32,000 nucleotides of DNA. Origin: Desulfobulbus propionicus DSM 2032. Lineage in GTDB: Bacteria > Desulfobacterota > Desulfobulbia > Desulfobulbales > Desulfobulbaceae. The stretch covers positions 30,001-62,000 of the forward strand of contig NC_014972.1 in NCBI RefSeq assembly GCF_000186885.1. Direction: 5' to 3'. Under the pieces are notes generated by a model, which had not been told where the DNA came from, ran no database searches, and saw only the letters and a list, made by a program, of their open reading frames with translations. Position numbers and translations under genes: made by a program. Of the stretch, positions 19,363-29,312 are shown in pieces. The stretch's first letter is position 1, and every line of letters starts with the position of its first letter.

Positions 19363-19991
19363 GCCGACCGGCGGTGGTGGGTAGGCAGTTGCTGAGGCCA
19401 ACCGTTCAGGCGGAGGTAGATTTCGCGGCCGATCCAGGCGTCGGTGGCGGCATAGCGGATCTGCTGTGGGGTGAGTTCGGCGTTGGCCCAGTTGGTGGTA
19501 CGGGCTGATTTGGAGATACGCACACCACAGACCAGCGCGGCCAGGCCCCGGAGGCCATGATTGTGCACCCCTCTGCGCCGGGCCATCCGCGCCAGGTCGA
19601 CAAAGCCGTCGGGTTCGAACGGTTCCAGCTCCCCAAGACTGCGAAGGTCGAAATCTGGCGCCACTCCGGCCTTGATGATGGTCGGGTCGCTCAGGATGGC
19701 CCGCAGCGGTTGGGCCAGCCCGATCTGTTGCAGCTGAAAGAGATAGACAACCGAATCCGTGGCCAGCTGCAGCAGGCTGGGGGAAAATTTTTGCCCCTTG
19801 CGAAAGGCCGGCCGGGTTTCGGTATCAAACCCCAACAGCGCGGCCCGGCTGAGATGTGCCGCCGCCAAGGCCATGTCCTCGCTGGTCCGCACCAGGTGGA
19901 CCGGTCCCCGCCAGCAGGCGAGCGGCAGCGTATTGATCGCTTCCTTGCTGATATGTGTTATGCCGCCCGCCGCCAACGTCTCGCTTTCCAC
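19359..19991 (-). CDS. 3'-5' exonuclease domain protein (RNase D-like, DEDD family)
   Basis: 210 aa: LLGFDTETRPAFRKGQ...SPSLLQLATDSVVYLFQL...GVAPDFDLRSLG...LRGLAALVCGVRISKSARTTNWANAELTPQQIRYAATDAWIGREIYL. GTG start. Confidence 0.88.
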   Translation of the reverse strand: MESETLAAGGITHISKEAINTLPLACWRGPVHLVRTSEDMALAAAHLSRAALLGFDTETRPAFRKGQKFSPSLLQLATDSVVYLFQLQQIGLAQPLRAILSDPTIIKAGVAPDFDLRSLGELEPFEPDGFVDLARMARRRGVHNHGLRGLAALVCGVRISKSARTTNWANAELTPQQIRYAATDAWIGREIYLRLNGWPQQLPTHHRRSA

Positions 19992-20179
19992 CGGTATCGC
20001 CCCCTCCTTGACCGCACTTCGGTTGTCTCACCTCGTCCGCGGGGACGAGTACCATGTGAACGCCGATGTACCCGATTACGCTCCATCTGTCATGACTATT
20101 CACCATCCGTGTTTCTGAAGGGCTACAGCCGCCTGTTTCCATGCACCTCGGCCGACGAACCGCGAAACATTGCTCGATT

Positions 20180-20210
20180 TTTGTCAAGGACCGAAGGCTC
20201 TGTTGACAAA
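20180..20210. repeat. Inverted repeat upstream of the NifA-like regulator
   Basis: TTTGTCAA (20180-20187) and TTGACAAA (20203-20210), exact 8-bp arms separated by 15 nt. Confidence 0.5.
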
Positions 20211-20385
20211 TTTGAATGGTTTTAAAACCCTGTCCCGGTTTCGGCAGGCTCGACTTGACCGTTGATCCTGGGGAAAAAAGGAGGAAACCGCCGCTGGCAC
20301 GGCTGAAATTGTTTCGGGAACGATTTTTGCTTGGACAATCTCGGCGAAAGGCCATGGACGTACAGCGCGACACAGCAGGAGCACC

Positions 20386-21987
20386 ATGAAAGGAATTGAC
20401 CCCATGCGCCGGGCCGTCGAGGAAACAACCAGCACAGCGTTCCTTGAGGTGCAGGCGCTCTACCATATCGTCAACCTGATCGGTTCGGCCGTTCACCTGG
20501 ACACGGCTCTGGCCTCCATGCTCAAGGTGCTGCACGATACCCTGCGCATGGAGCGCGCCACGTTGGCGCTGCTGGACGAAACCGGCAGCCAGCTGACCAT
20601 CCGCGCTTCCTACGGACTGAGTGTCGAGGAAGAGCAACGCGGTGTCTATGGCCTGAACGAGGGGATCTACGGCCAGGTGTTCAGCACCGGTTCCCCCTTT
20701 GTCGTGCCCGATGTCCACAGCGAACCCCTGTTTCTCAACCGCACCGGTGCCCGCACCCGAATCTCCAAGGCTACCCTTTCCTTCATCGGCGTGCCGGTCA
20801 TCCTTGCCGGGGTAACCGTGGGCGTGCTCAGCGTCGACCGGCTGTTCGGACAAGACATCTCCTTTGAGGAGGACGTGCGTTTTCTCACCGTGCTCGCCAC
20901 CCTGATCGCCCAGTTTCTCAGCCTCAACCGCGCCATCCGCCAGGACCGGGAACAGTTGGTCCTGGAAAATCTCAGTCTCAAGGAGAAGCTGCACGGCCGC
21001 TACCATCGCCATCAGATCATCGGCCAGTCCAAGGCCATGCAGGAGGTGTATTGGTCGATCGAGCGGGTGGCACCGTCCTTGGCCACTGTTCTGCTGCTCG
21101 GCGAGTCGGGCACCGGCAAGGAGTTGGTGGCCCGGGCGGTCCATGATGCCAGCCCGCGCAAGAACGAGGCGTTCATCAAGGTCAACTGCGCCGCCTTGCC
21201 GGAAAATCTGCTGGAGAGCGAATTGTTTGGCCACGAGAAAGGGGCCTTCACCGGCGCGGCGGTGACCCGGATTGGCCGATTTGAGCAGGCTGATCGCGGC
21301 ACCATTTTTCTCGACGAGATCGGCGAGCTGCCGCTGCTGCTCCAGGCCAAACTGCTGCGGGTGCTGCAGGAGCAGCAGTTCGAACGGCTGGGCTCCTCGC
21401 GGACACAGACGGTGGATGTGCGGATCATCGCCGCCACCAATGTCAGTCTGGAGCGGGCGGTCGCCCTGGGCGCCTTTCGTAACGATCTGTACTATCGGCT
21501 CAATGTGGTGCCGATCCATCTGCCGCCTTTGCGCGGGCGGCGGGAGGACATTCCGCTGCTGCTCGATCATTTTCTCCGCTCGAGCAATAAGCGCAACGAA
21601 AAGAATCTGCGCATGTCGCGAGAGTTTCTTGATTTTCTGACTGACTACGATTGGCCGGGCAATGTCCGTGAGCTGCAGAATCTGGTGGAGCGGCTGGTGA
21701 TTCTGGCCACCAACGAGGTGTTGCGGGTGGAGGACCTGCCCGAATATCTGGTGCGGCCCGAATCCGGACGAATACCGCCGGCCATGGAAACCGTGGTGCC
21801 GCTCGCGGTCCCGAGTCCGCCGCCGGCCAGCCGCAAATCACTCCGGGATCTGGAACGGGAACAGGTGGAGTCGGCCCTGATCCGTAACGGTTGGGTGCAG
21901 TCGCGGGCCGCAAGGGAACTGGGCCTTACCCAGCGGCAGATGGGCTACCGGATGAAGAAGTTCGACCTCCAGCGGCCCGATTACTGA
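20386..21987 (+). CDS. Sigma-54-dependent transcriptional activator, NifA-like (GAF-AAA+-HTH)
   Basis: 533 aa. N-terminal GAF-like region, [61 protein letters not shown], and C-terminal [39 protein letters not shown] before the ATG. Confidence 0.93.
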   Translation: MKGIDPMRRAVEETTSTAFLEVQALYHIVNLIGSAVHLDTALASMLKVLHDTLRMERATLALLDETGSQLTIRASYGLSVEEEQRGVYGLNEGIYGQVFSTGSPFVVPDVHSEPLFLNRTGARTRISKATLSFIGVPVILAGVTVGVLSVDRLFGQDISFEEDVRFLTVLATLIAQFLSLNRAIRQDREQLVLENLSLKEKLHGRYHRHQIIGQSKAMQEVYWSIERVAPSLATVLLLGESGTGKELVARAVHDASPRKNEAFIKVNCAALPENLLESELFGHEKGAFTGAAVTRIGRFEQADRGTIFLDEIGELPLLLQAKLLRVLQEQQFERLGSSRTQTVDVRIIAATNVSLERAVALGAFRNDLYYRLNVVPIHLPPLRGRREDIPLLLDHFLRSSNKRNEKNLRMSREFLDFLTDYDWPGNVRELQNLVERLVILATNEVLRVEDLPEYLVRPESGRIPPAMETVVPLAVPSPPPASRKSLRDLEREQVESALIRNGWVQSRAARELGLTQRQMGYRMKKFDLQRPDY

Positions 21988-24380
21988 GCGGTTTGCCCTC
22001 GGGTCAGCTCCTCGCGGATGGCCCGGCCCAGCTTGGCGATCATGTAGGGCTTTTTGATGTACTGGCCAACCCCCAACTGGAGGGCCTGGGCGATTCGTTC
22101 GGTCTCGGAAAAGCCGCTGGTGATGATTGCCCGCTGACCGGGCGCATGCACCAGGATGCTTTGATAGGTGTCCAGCCCGTCCATGCCCTCGCCGAGGATC
22201 ATGTCGAGCAGCACCAGGTCAAACCGCTGCCGCGCCACCAGGCGCACCGCTTCCTCGCCGCTGGCGACGGTGGTCACCTGGTAGCCCAGTTCGCGGAGAA
22301 TGGAGGAGGCGATCTCCCGCTGCTCGACGATGTCGTCGACCACCAGGATGTGCTCGCCCTGGCCGCGGCACGCATCCAGGACGGTGGTCCGAACCTGCCG
22401 CTGAAAGGACTGGTGAGAGGTGACCGGAAAGAAGAGGGTGAAGGTGGAACCGACCCCCACCTGGCTTTCGCAGTTGATATAGCCCTGGTGATCCTTGACC
22501 GTGCCCCAGACCACGGCCATGCCCAGGCCGGTGCCGCTTTTGCCCATTTTTTTGCTGGTATAGAACGGTTCGAAGATCTTGTCGAGGTCCTCGGGCCTGA
22601 TGCCGCTGCCCTGATCGCTCACCTCGAGCACCACATATTCGCCCTGCCCGATTTTCTCGTACAGGCGCAGCGAATTGTCCACATAGCGGTTTTCCGTGCG
22701 CAGGCGGATCTCGCCGCCGCCTTCCATGGCCTCGGCCGCATTGGTCACCAGGTTCATGATCGTTTTTTCCAGGTGCACCGGCGAGCCAAGCACCGGGAAG
22801 AGGTCAGGCGCGCAGTCGGTGATGACCCTGATTCGGGGATGGCGCTGCTGCAGCAGGCTGAATTCGGGGCTGGCCAGATAGTCGCCGATCAGGGCGTTGA
22901 GCAAGACCGGTTCCTTGACCGTGACTCCCCGCCGCGCCAGGGTGAGCAAGTCCTGGACAATGGCCGCCGCCTTTTCCCCGGATTCCTTGATGGTGCGCAG
23001 GGGCGCGTACAGCGGGCTGGTTTGAGGCAGCTTCATCAGCAGCAGATCCGGGTAGCTGACGATGCCGGAGAGGATGTTGTTGAGGTCGTGGGCCACGCCG
23101 CCGGCCAGGGTGCCAATCATTTCCAGCTTCTCGGCCCGGACCAGCCGCTCCTCGACCTGCTGCCGCTCCCTGATTTCCTTTTCCAGCGCCGCGCCGCGCT
23201 GTTCGATGATTTTCTCCAGATTCTCCTGGTGGTGGGCGAGGGTCGCCTCGGTCTGCTTGCGCACCCGGATCTCCTCGTTGAGCTCGGTCATGCTGTGGTT
23301 TAACTGCGCGATCATGGTGTTGAACGAGCCGGTCAGTTCGGTGAGTTCATCGGGCCGCGAACAGGGGGATGCAACGATGCGCTGGGAGAAATCGCCGCTC
23401 TGGACGTTGACGATCACCCTGAGCATCTCCTGGAGGCGCGCAATGATGATTTTGCGGAAAAGAGCAATGACCAGCAGGGAGATGACCAACAGGGCCACCG
23501 CAGCCCCAACCGTGCTCACCTGGGCGATGCGGCGCAGGGGCAGGAGGGTGTTGTCCACGGATTGGGCGATGGCGAAGGCCCAGTCGGTTTGCTGCAGGCG
23601 TTGAAAAACGGTAAGTATTTCATCGTCATGGGTATCGACGTTGAACATTCCGCTTGGTTCGGCGAAAATCCGCTGGAAAAAATCGGCGGGGACAGATTCA
23701 GCCAGGGTCTGTTCGTTGTCTCGCGAGCTGCCGAGCACTTGCTGGCGGTAATCGACCACAAAGGCGTAGCCATGCTGTTTGACCTTGAAGTCCTCGAGAA
23801 ACAGGGCCTTGAACACCGCAAAATCGATCACGCCGCCAAGCACGCCGATGACATGGCCGTCGACGGCAATCGGCGCGGCGCAGGTGAAGGTTTTTTGGGC
23901 GGACAATCGACTGACCAGCACCTCGGAAATGGACGCCTTCCCTTCCAGGGCCCGCTGGAAATAGGCCCGGTCGGCGAGGCGCACCGGCATGGGCGGCTGG
24001 CCGGGCGGCGCCGACACCGCGACGATTTCGCCCTGTCGATCGGCGAGAAAAAGGCTTTCGTACTGGGGGTAGCCGGCCTTGAGGGTGGTAAGCAGCGACT
24101 CGGCGCCCTCGCGAGCGCTTCGGCCGTAATAGCCGCCTTCGGTCAGGGCCTCGGCCAGCACCTCCTGCCGCGACCAGGCCACGATGTCGGTGACCCGCGC
24201 CTGCAGCCAGCTGTCGATCAGCTTGACGGACAGATGCACTTCCCGGTCCAGCCGCTTGGTCAGTTCCTGGCGGATGATCAACCGGGCGTTGAGATACTGG
24301 ACAACCAGCACCGCAGCCAAGCCAAGGGCAATGATCCCCAGGATAGGGACAAGGATTTTTTTGCTCAGCCCGGTCCGCAT
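21981..24380 (-). CDS. Hybrid sensor histidine kinase (periplasmic Cache-like sensor, HAMP, HisKA, HATPase, C-terminal receiver)
   Basis: 799 aa. N-terminal TM segment, sensor with [32 protein letters not shown], second [70 protein letters not shown], and receiver [15 protein letters not shown]...[14 protein letters not shown]...YIKKPY. Confidence 0.92.
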   Translation of the reverse strand: MRTGLSKKILVPILGIIALGLAAVLVVQYLNARLIIRQELTKRLDREVHLSVKLIDSWLQARVTDIVAWSRQEVLAEALTEGGYYGRSAREGAESLLTTLKAGYPQYESLFLADRQGEIVAVSAPPGQPPMPVRLADRAYFQRALEGKASISEVLVSRLSAQKTFTCAAPIAVDGHVIGVLGGVIDFAVFKALFLEDFKVKQHGYAFVVDYRQQVLGSSRDNEQTLAESVPADFFQRIFAEPSGMFNVDTHDDEILTVFQRLQQTDWAFAIAQSVDNTLLPLRRIAQVSTVGAAVALLVISLLVIALFRKIIIARLQEMLRVIVNVQSGDFSQRIVASPCSRPDELTELTGSFNTMIAQLNHSMTELNEEIRVRKQTEATLAHHQENLEKIIEQRGAALEKEIRERQQVEERLVRAEKLEMIGTLAGGVAHDLNNILSGIVSYPDLLLMKLPQTSPLYAPLRTIKESGEKAAAIVQDLLTLARRGVTVKEPVLLNALIGDYLASPEFSLLQQRHPRIRVITDCAPDLFPVLGSPVHLEKTIMNLVTNAAEAMEGGGEIRLRTENRYVDNSLRLYEKIGQGEYVVLEVSDQGSGIRPEDLDKIFEPFYTSKKMGKSGTGLGMAVVWGTVKDHQGYINCESQVGVGSTFTLFFPVTSHQSFQRQVRTTVLDACRGQGEHILVVDDIVEQREIASSILRELGYQVTTVASGEEAVRLVARQRFDLVLLDMILGEGMDGLDTYQSILVHAPGQRAIITSGFSETERIAQALQLGVGQYIKKPYMIAKLGRAIREELTRGQTAQ

Positions 24381-24386
24381 GGCCGC

Positions 24387-25412
24387 CTACCTGATCACCA
24401 CTTCGGCCCGTTTGATGATGTGGTAGGGGATCTGGATGCCGAGCTGTTCCGCTGTCCGCAGATTGAGTTGAATGCGGCCATGGTCGGTGGGCTTGACGAC
24501 AAAGTCGCCGGGCCGTTTGCCTGCCAGGAGCTCACGGGCGATCAATCCGGCGGCTCGTCCCTGTTCCTTCATCGACACGCTCACCGCGCACAGGACCCCG
24601 GATTCGGCGGCACTGTCGTAGAAGCCCACCGTGGGCAGACGGTAGTGTTCATTGAGCAGACGGACCAGTTCCTCTTCGGGCACCTTGGTCGGATCGGTGG
24701 CGCTGCGGGCGATGGTGCGGATCACATAAAGGCCGACCGCGTCGATCTGCTGATGATAGCGGTCGAGCACCGCTTTCCAGGCGGCAAGGGTCAGCGGCTG
24801 GTCGTAGGCAACCACGGTCACCGGCAGGTGCAGGGTTTTGCAGTAGGCGATCAGCGGATCGGTGGTTTCCGACTTGTCGGCCAGGATAAGCAGCCGTTTG
24901 ACCTCCGGCCGAATTTTGCGCAGCAGTTCGATGCTCTCCATCACGTTGGGCCGTTCGAGCACACCGGTGACGTTGGCCGCCGGAAAGCCATACTCGGCCG
25001 GGTCGTTGTTGACGCCGCTGAACACGAACCAGGGAGGGCCCGGCTGGCCGGCATAATCCTTGGTGAAATACTGCTGGGCGTTGTCGTCCATGGCGATCAC
25101 CACCTGCGGCCGGTATTCGGCCAGGATCTCTTTCGCCCGCTGCCCGGCTTGCCGCTTCCATACCTCGGAGGTATTGCGCTTGGTGTCCATGTGGAAATAC
25201 CGCAGCTCGCGGTCGATTCCGGCCAGAGCCTCCTCGATGCCCTCGGTCATGTCGACCACATGCTCCTGTTGTCCCTCGTGGTAACTGTGCACCACCAGCA
25301 CGCGGGGAGGAGTGTCCGCCTGGGCGGCGGCCCGGGGCGAGAAGAAGCTGACGGCCATAAGGACGACAAGCAAGAGGAGGGCGCTTCGTTGCTGGCTTGA
25401 CAGAGGGTGCAT
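24387..25412 (-). CDS. ABC-type substrate-binding protein (uncharacterised-ligand family), with signal peptide
   Basis: From the ATG at 25412: MHPLSSQQRSALLLLVVLMAVSFFSPRAAAQADTPPRVLVVHSYHEGQQEHVVDMTEGIEEALAG...RPQVVIAMDDNAQQYFTKDYAG...VFSGVNNDPAEYGFPAANVTGVLERPNVMESIELLRKIRP...VKRLLILADKSETT. The listed start at 25631 looks like non-coding extension. Confidence 0.85.
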   Translation of the reverse strand: MHPLSSQQRSALLLLVVLMAVSFFSPRAAAQADTPPRVLVVHSYHEGQQEHVVDMTEGIEEALAGIDRELRYFHMDTKRNTSEVWKRQAGQRAKEILAEYRPQVVIAMDDNAQQYFTKDYAGQPGPPWFVFSGVNNDPAEYGFPAANVTGVLERPNVMESIELLRKIRPEVKRLLILADKSETTDPLIAYCKTLHLPVTVVAYDQPLTLAAWKAVLDRYHQQIDAVGLYVIRTIARSATDPTKVPEEELVRLLNEHYRLPTVGFYDSAAESGVLCAVSVSMKEQGRAAGLIARELLAGKRPGDFVVKPTDHGRIQLNLRTAEQLGIQIPYHIIKRAEVVIR

Positions 25413-25713
25413 ACCATTACAGTCCGGAAGTGGTTGTGGGGCAATGGATGGCGCAGGATGCCTTTGTGGTTGATGTTCGCATAGAAAGCTCATCATTGCA
25501 ATCCCTTCGGGGAAAAATGGCGAAATTTGCGGTTGATCGCGGAGTGGTGCTCCCTCCGTGCGGGGCGCCAGGGCCCACAGCGGTGGATTTTCTCCTGACG
25601 CAGGGTGAAAAAGCCTTTCTTTGTCCCGCATTTTTTCCTATTCTGCCCGCATAGTAACCATTCCTGTTTTTCTGGAGTCGCCCCGTCCATCCCTCAGCCG
25701 TGGAGTGTTTCCC

Positions 25714-27459
25714 TTGAAACCGACCGATATCGAGGATCCGGAATATTTTCACCAAGTGATTGATTGCCAGTTTGCCTGTCCGGCCCATACCCCGGTGCCG
25801 CAATACATCCGTCTGATCAGCGAGCACCGCTACACCGAGGCCTACATGCTCAACTGGCTGTCCAATGTCTTTCCCGGCGTGCTGGGCCGGGTCTGTGACC
25901 GTCCCTGCGAGCCGGCCTGCCGCCGCGGCCGGGTGGAACAGGAGCCGGTGGCCATCTGCCGGCTCAAGCGGCTGTGTGCCGACCAACGCGATGCGGCGAT
26001 CACCGCCCGATTCCCTGCTGTCCCACAGGAGAAAAACGGCAAGAAAGTCGCCTTGATCGGCGGTGGGCCCGCCTCGCTGACCGTGGCCCGCGATCTGCTG
26101 CCGCTCGGCTACGAGGTGGACCTCTATGACGATCAGGCCCAGGGCGGGGGCTTCATGCGCAGTCAGTTGCCCTCCTTCCGTCTGCCGGAATCGGTGCTGG
26201 CCACCGAGGTCGATTACATCCTCGACATGGGGGTGACCACCCATTTCAATCACCGGGTGACGAGCATGCAGGCCATGCTTGCCAAGGGCTACGATGCCCT
26301 GTTTGTCGGCACCGGCGCGCCGCGCGGCCGCGATCTGCCCGATCTGCCCGGCCGCACGGAAGGGGACCCCTGGATTCATGTCGGCATCGACTGGTTGGCC
26401 GGGGTGGTGTTCCGCCATGTGCAATCCATCGGCCGCCGGGTGTTGGTGATCGGCGGCGGCAACACGGCCATGGACTGCTGCCGCACCGCCCGCCGCCTGG
26501 GTGGCGAGCAGGTCAGCGTGGTGGTGCGGGGTTCCAGGAGCGCGATGAAGGCCTCGCCCTGGGAGATCGAGGAGGCCCTGCACGAGGACATCCCCATCCT
26601 CGAACATCTGGCACCGCTGGCATTCGTGGTCGACGACGGCCAGTTGACCGGCATGCAGTTCACGCGAACCGGCCAGGAGAGTGGCGAACCGGTGTTTCTG
26701 CCCTGCGACGAAGTGCTGCTGGCCGTGGGCCAGCTCAACGCCTTCCCGTGGATCGAACCCGAAACCGGTATCCGCTTCACCGACCAGGGGTTGCCGGTGC
26801 TCGACCCGCTCACCCTGCAGTCCTCCCTGCCCCAGGTCTTTTTCGGCGGCGATGCCGCCTTCGGCCCGCGCAACATCATCACCGCCGTGGCCCACGGCCA
26901 CGAGGCGGCGATCTCCATTGACCTGTTCTGCCAGGGAAAACCCCTGGATCAGCGGCCGGCGCCGCAGGTCAATCTCGCCGGCCAGAAGATGGGCGTGCAT
27001 GACTGGCTCTATGACAACCAGGTGGCTGAGACCCGGCGTCAGGCGGTGCCCATGCTCGCCAAGGCCAAGACACTCAAGGACCGGTTGCTGGAGGTCGAAC
27101 TCGGCTTTGACCGGGAGGTGGGCCAGGCCGAGGCCTTGCGCTGCCTCAACTGCGACGTGCAAACGGTCTTTCGTGCCGATCTGTGCATCGAGTGCGACGG
27201 CTGCGTCGACGCCTGCCCGGAGAGCTGCATCAATTTCGTCGACAACGGCGAGGAGGCGGATCTGCGCACCCGGCTCAAGGCCCCGGCGAACAACCTGGCC
27301 CAGCGTTTGTACGTTGCCGGGCCGGTGTCCACCGGGCGGGTGATGGTCAAGGACGAGAACGTCTGCCTGCACTGCGGTCTCTGCGCCGAGCGCTGTCCGA
27401 CCTCGGCCTGGGAGATGCAGAAATTTTTCTACCAATCAGCACGGGCGGGACAACCATGA
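25714..27459 (+). CDS. FAD-dependent NAD(P)-type oxidoreductase (GltD/NfnB-like) with two C-terminal [4Fe-4S] ferredoxin motifs; probable partner of the 2-oxoacid:ferredoxin oxidoreductase
   Basis: GltD-like N-terminal cysteines (CQFACPAHTPVPQYIRL, GRVCDRPCEPACRRG), VALIGGGPASLTVARDLLPLGYEVDLYD, RRVLVIGGGNTAMDCCRTARRLG, FFGGDAAFGPRNIITAVAHGHEAA, CIECDGCVDACP and CLHCGLCAERCP. TTG start at 25714 after TGGAG; the GTG at 25705 is an alternative. Confidence 0.85.
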   Translation: MKPTDIEDPEYFHQVIDCQFACPAHTPVPQYIRLISEHRYTEAYMLNWLSNVFPGVLGRVCDRPCEPACRRGRVEQEPVAICRLKRLCADQRDAAITARFPAVPQEKNGKKVALIGGGPASLTVARDLLPLGYEVDLYDDQAQGGGFMRSQLPSFRLPESVLATEVDYILDMGVTTHFNHRVTSMQAMLAKGYDALFVGTGAPRGRDLPDLPGRTEGDPWIHVGIDWLAGVVFRHVQSIGRRVLVIGGGNTAMDCCRTARRLGGEQVSVVVRGSRSAMKASPWEIEEALHEDIPILEHLAPLAFVVDDGQLTGMQFTRTGQESGEPVFLPCDEVLLAVGQLNAFPWIEPETGIRFTDQGLPVLDPLTLQSSLPQVFFGGDAAFGPRNIITAVAHGHEAAISIDLFCQGKPLDQRPAPQVNLAGQKMGVHDWLYDNQVAETRRQAVPMLAKAKTLKDRLLEVELGFDREVGQAEALRCLNCDVQTVFRADLCIECDGCVDACPESCINFVDNGEEADLRTRLKAPANNLAQRLYVAGPVSTGRVMVKDENVCLHCGLCAERCPTSAWEMQKFFYQSARAGQP

Positions 27460-29312
27460 AGCAGCTGCAGGCGGTCAACGATTTTGTCATCCGGTTCGCC
27501 AACGTCAACGGCTCCGGCTCGGCCAGCGCCAACAATCTGTTCGCCAAGGCAGTGTTCCGCATGGGCGTGCCGGTCAGCCCGAAGAACATCTTCCCCTCGA
27601 ATATCCAGGGATTGCCCACCTGGTACGAGGTGCGGGTCAACGAACAGGGCCGGGTGGGGCGACGCGGCGACATCGACATGGTGGTGGCGGTCAACGGCCA
27701 GACCCTGCGCCAGGATTACGACAGCCTGGTGCCCGGCGGCTATTTCCTTTATGATTCCTCCAAGGCGCTGCCCGAGGACTTCCAGCGCGACGACATCACC
27801 ATCATCGGCATCCCCTTGACCCTGCTGTGCAACGAGGCGTTTGACAATCCGAAGATGCGGCCGCTGTTGAAAAACATCATCTATGTCGGCGCCCTGGCCT
27901 CGCTGCTCGATATGGAACTGCAGGTGCTGATCGATTCGCTTATCAAGCAGTTCCGCAAGAATCCCAAACTGGCCGAGCCCAATATCCAGGCCCTGCGGTT
28001 GGGTCACGACTATGCCGGCGAGCACTTTGCCGGGGTGTGCCAGCTGTCGGTGCGGCGCAGCGACCGGGTGGGTGATTCGATCATCATGGACGGCAACAGC
28101 GCCGTGGCCTTGGGCGCGATCTACGCCGGCGCCACCGTGGTCGGCTGGTACCCGATCACCCCCTCGACCTCGATCATCGAGGCCTTTGGCCGCTACGCGG
28201 AACAGTTCAGGATCGAGCAGGACACCGGCCGGATCAAGGCGGCCATCGTCCAGGCCGAGGACGAACTGGCGGCCATCGGCATCGTTATCGGCGCCTCGTG
28301 GAATGGGGCCCGCGCCTTCACCGCCACTTCGGGGCCGGGCATCTCGCTGATGAGCGAATTCCTCGGCTTGGCCTATTTCGGCGAAATTCCGGTGGTGTTG
28401 ATCGATGTGCAGCGCACCGGACCTTCCACCGGCATGCCCACCCGCACCCAGCAGTCGGATGTGCTGGCCTGCGCCTATGCCTCGCACGGCGACACCAGGC
28501 ACCCGCTGCTTTTTCCCTGCGATCCGCGCGAATGTTTCGACATGACCGCCGATGCCTTTGACCTGGCCGAACGGCTGCAGACCCCGGTGCTGGTGATGAG
28601 CGATCTTGATCTGGGCATGAATGATCACTTCGGTCCGCCGCTGGCCTGGGATCCGGCCCGTCGCTACGATCGGGGCAAGGTGCTCGACGCCGCCCAGCTG
28701 GAGGCCCTGACCACGCGTTGGGGCCGCTACAAAGATGTGGACGGCGACGGCATCTGCTCCCGCACCTATCCAGGCACCCATCCCGACAAGGGCGTCTACT
28801 TCACCCGCGGCACCTCCCGCGACGAGTATTCGGCCTATACCGAGGACAGCGGCGCCTATGTGCGCAACATGGAACGCTTGCTGCTCAAGTGGGAAACCGC
28901 CAAACGGCTGCTGCCCCTGGCCCGGATCAAGATCGCCAGCCCACAGGCCCGCTTGGGGGCCGTGTTTTACGGCAGCACCACCCCCTCGGCCTACGAGGCG
29001 ATCGACCTTTTGCACCAACGCGGCATTGTCCTCAACACCATGCGGCTGCGGGCCTTTCCCTTTCAGCAGGAGGTGATCGATTTCATTCACAACCATGAGC
29101 TGGTGTTTGTCATCGAACAGAACCGGGATGGTCAGATGCGCACCCTGCTGATCAACGAGGGCAACCTGCCTCCGCACAAACTGATCCCCATCGCCAGCTA
29201 CGACGGCCTGCCCGTGGCCAGTCGTTTTCTTGTTCGCGCCCTGGAAGAGGCCCTGGCGGAACGCGGCATCAGTCTCCAGCAACTCGCCAGCGGTCAAGGA
29301 GGTGGCCAATGA
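27456..29312 (+). CDS. 2-oxoacid:ferredoxin oxidoreductase, fused gamma-alpha subunit (KorA-like)
   Basis: MKQLQAVNDFVIRFANVNGSGSASANNLFAKAVFRMGVPVSPKNIFPSNIQGLPTWYEVRVN (gamma-like), then MDGNSAVALGAIYAGATVVGWYPITPSTSIIEAF...SGPGISLMSEFLGLAYFGEIPVVLIDVQRTGPSTGMPTRTQQSD. ATGA overlap with the upstream gene. Confidence 0.92.
   Translation: MKQLQAVNDFVIRFANVNGSGSASANNLFAKAVFRMGVPVSPKNIFPSNIQGLPTWYEVRVNEQGRVGRRGDIDMVVAVNGQTLRQDYDSLVPGGYFLYDSSKALPEDFQRDDITIIGIPLTLLCNEAFDNPKMRPLLKNIIYVGALASLLDMELQVLIDSLIKQFRKNPKLAEPNIQALRLGHDYAGEHFAGVCQLSVRRSDRVGDSIIMDGNSAVALGAIYAGATVVGWYPITPSTSIIEAFGRYAEQFRIEQDTGRIKAAIVQAEDELAAIGIVIGASWNGARAFTATSGPGISLMSEFLGLAYFGEIPVVLIDVQRTGPSTGMPTRTQQSDVLACAYASHGDTRHPLLFPCDPRECFDMTADAFDLAERLQTPVLVMSDLDLGMNDHFGPPLAWDPARRYDRGKVLDAAQLEALTTRWGRYKDVDGDGICSRTYPGTHPDKGVYFTRGTSRDEYSAYTEDSGAYVRNMERLLLKWETAKRLLPLARIKIASPQARLGAVFYGSTTPSAYEAIDLLHQRGIVLNTMRLRAFPFQQEVIDFIHNHELVFVIEQNRDGQMRTLLINEGNLPPHKLIPIASYDGLPVASRFLVRALEEALAERGISLQQLASGQGGGQ

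Noticed and set aside
19600-19640. GGTTCGAAC tRNA T-loop-like string
   Set aside because: It lies inside the RNase D-like coding sequence and no acceptor or anticodon arms can be folded around it.
20299-20320. Possible sigma-54 (-24/-12) promoter, TGGCACGGCTGAAATTG
   Set aside because: The TGGCAC is present but there is no TTGC at the required spacing, so it does not meet the consensus.
19825-21570. 581-aa minus-strand ORF opposite the NifA-like gene
   Set aside because: Shadow ORF of a clear AAA+ activator; no family motifs of its own.
21891-25400. Plus-strand ORFs 21891-23303 and 23562-25400 opposite the kinase and binding-protein genes
   Set aside because: Composition and alignment with the sense genes indicate antisense artefacts.
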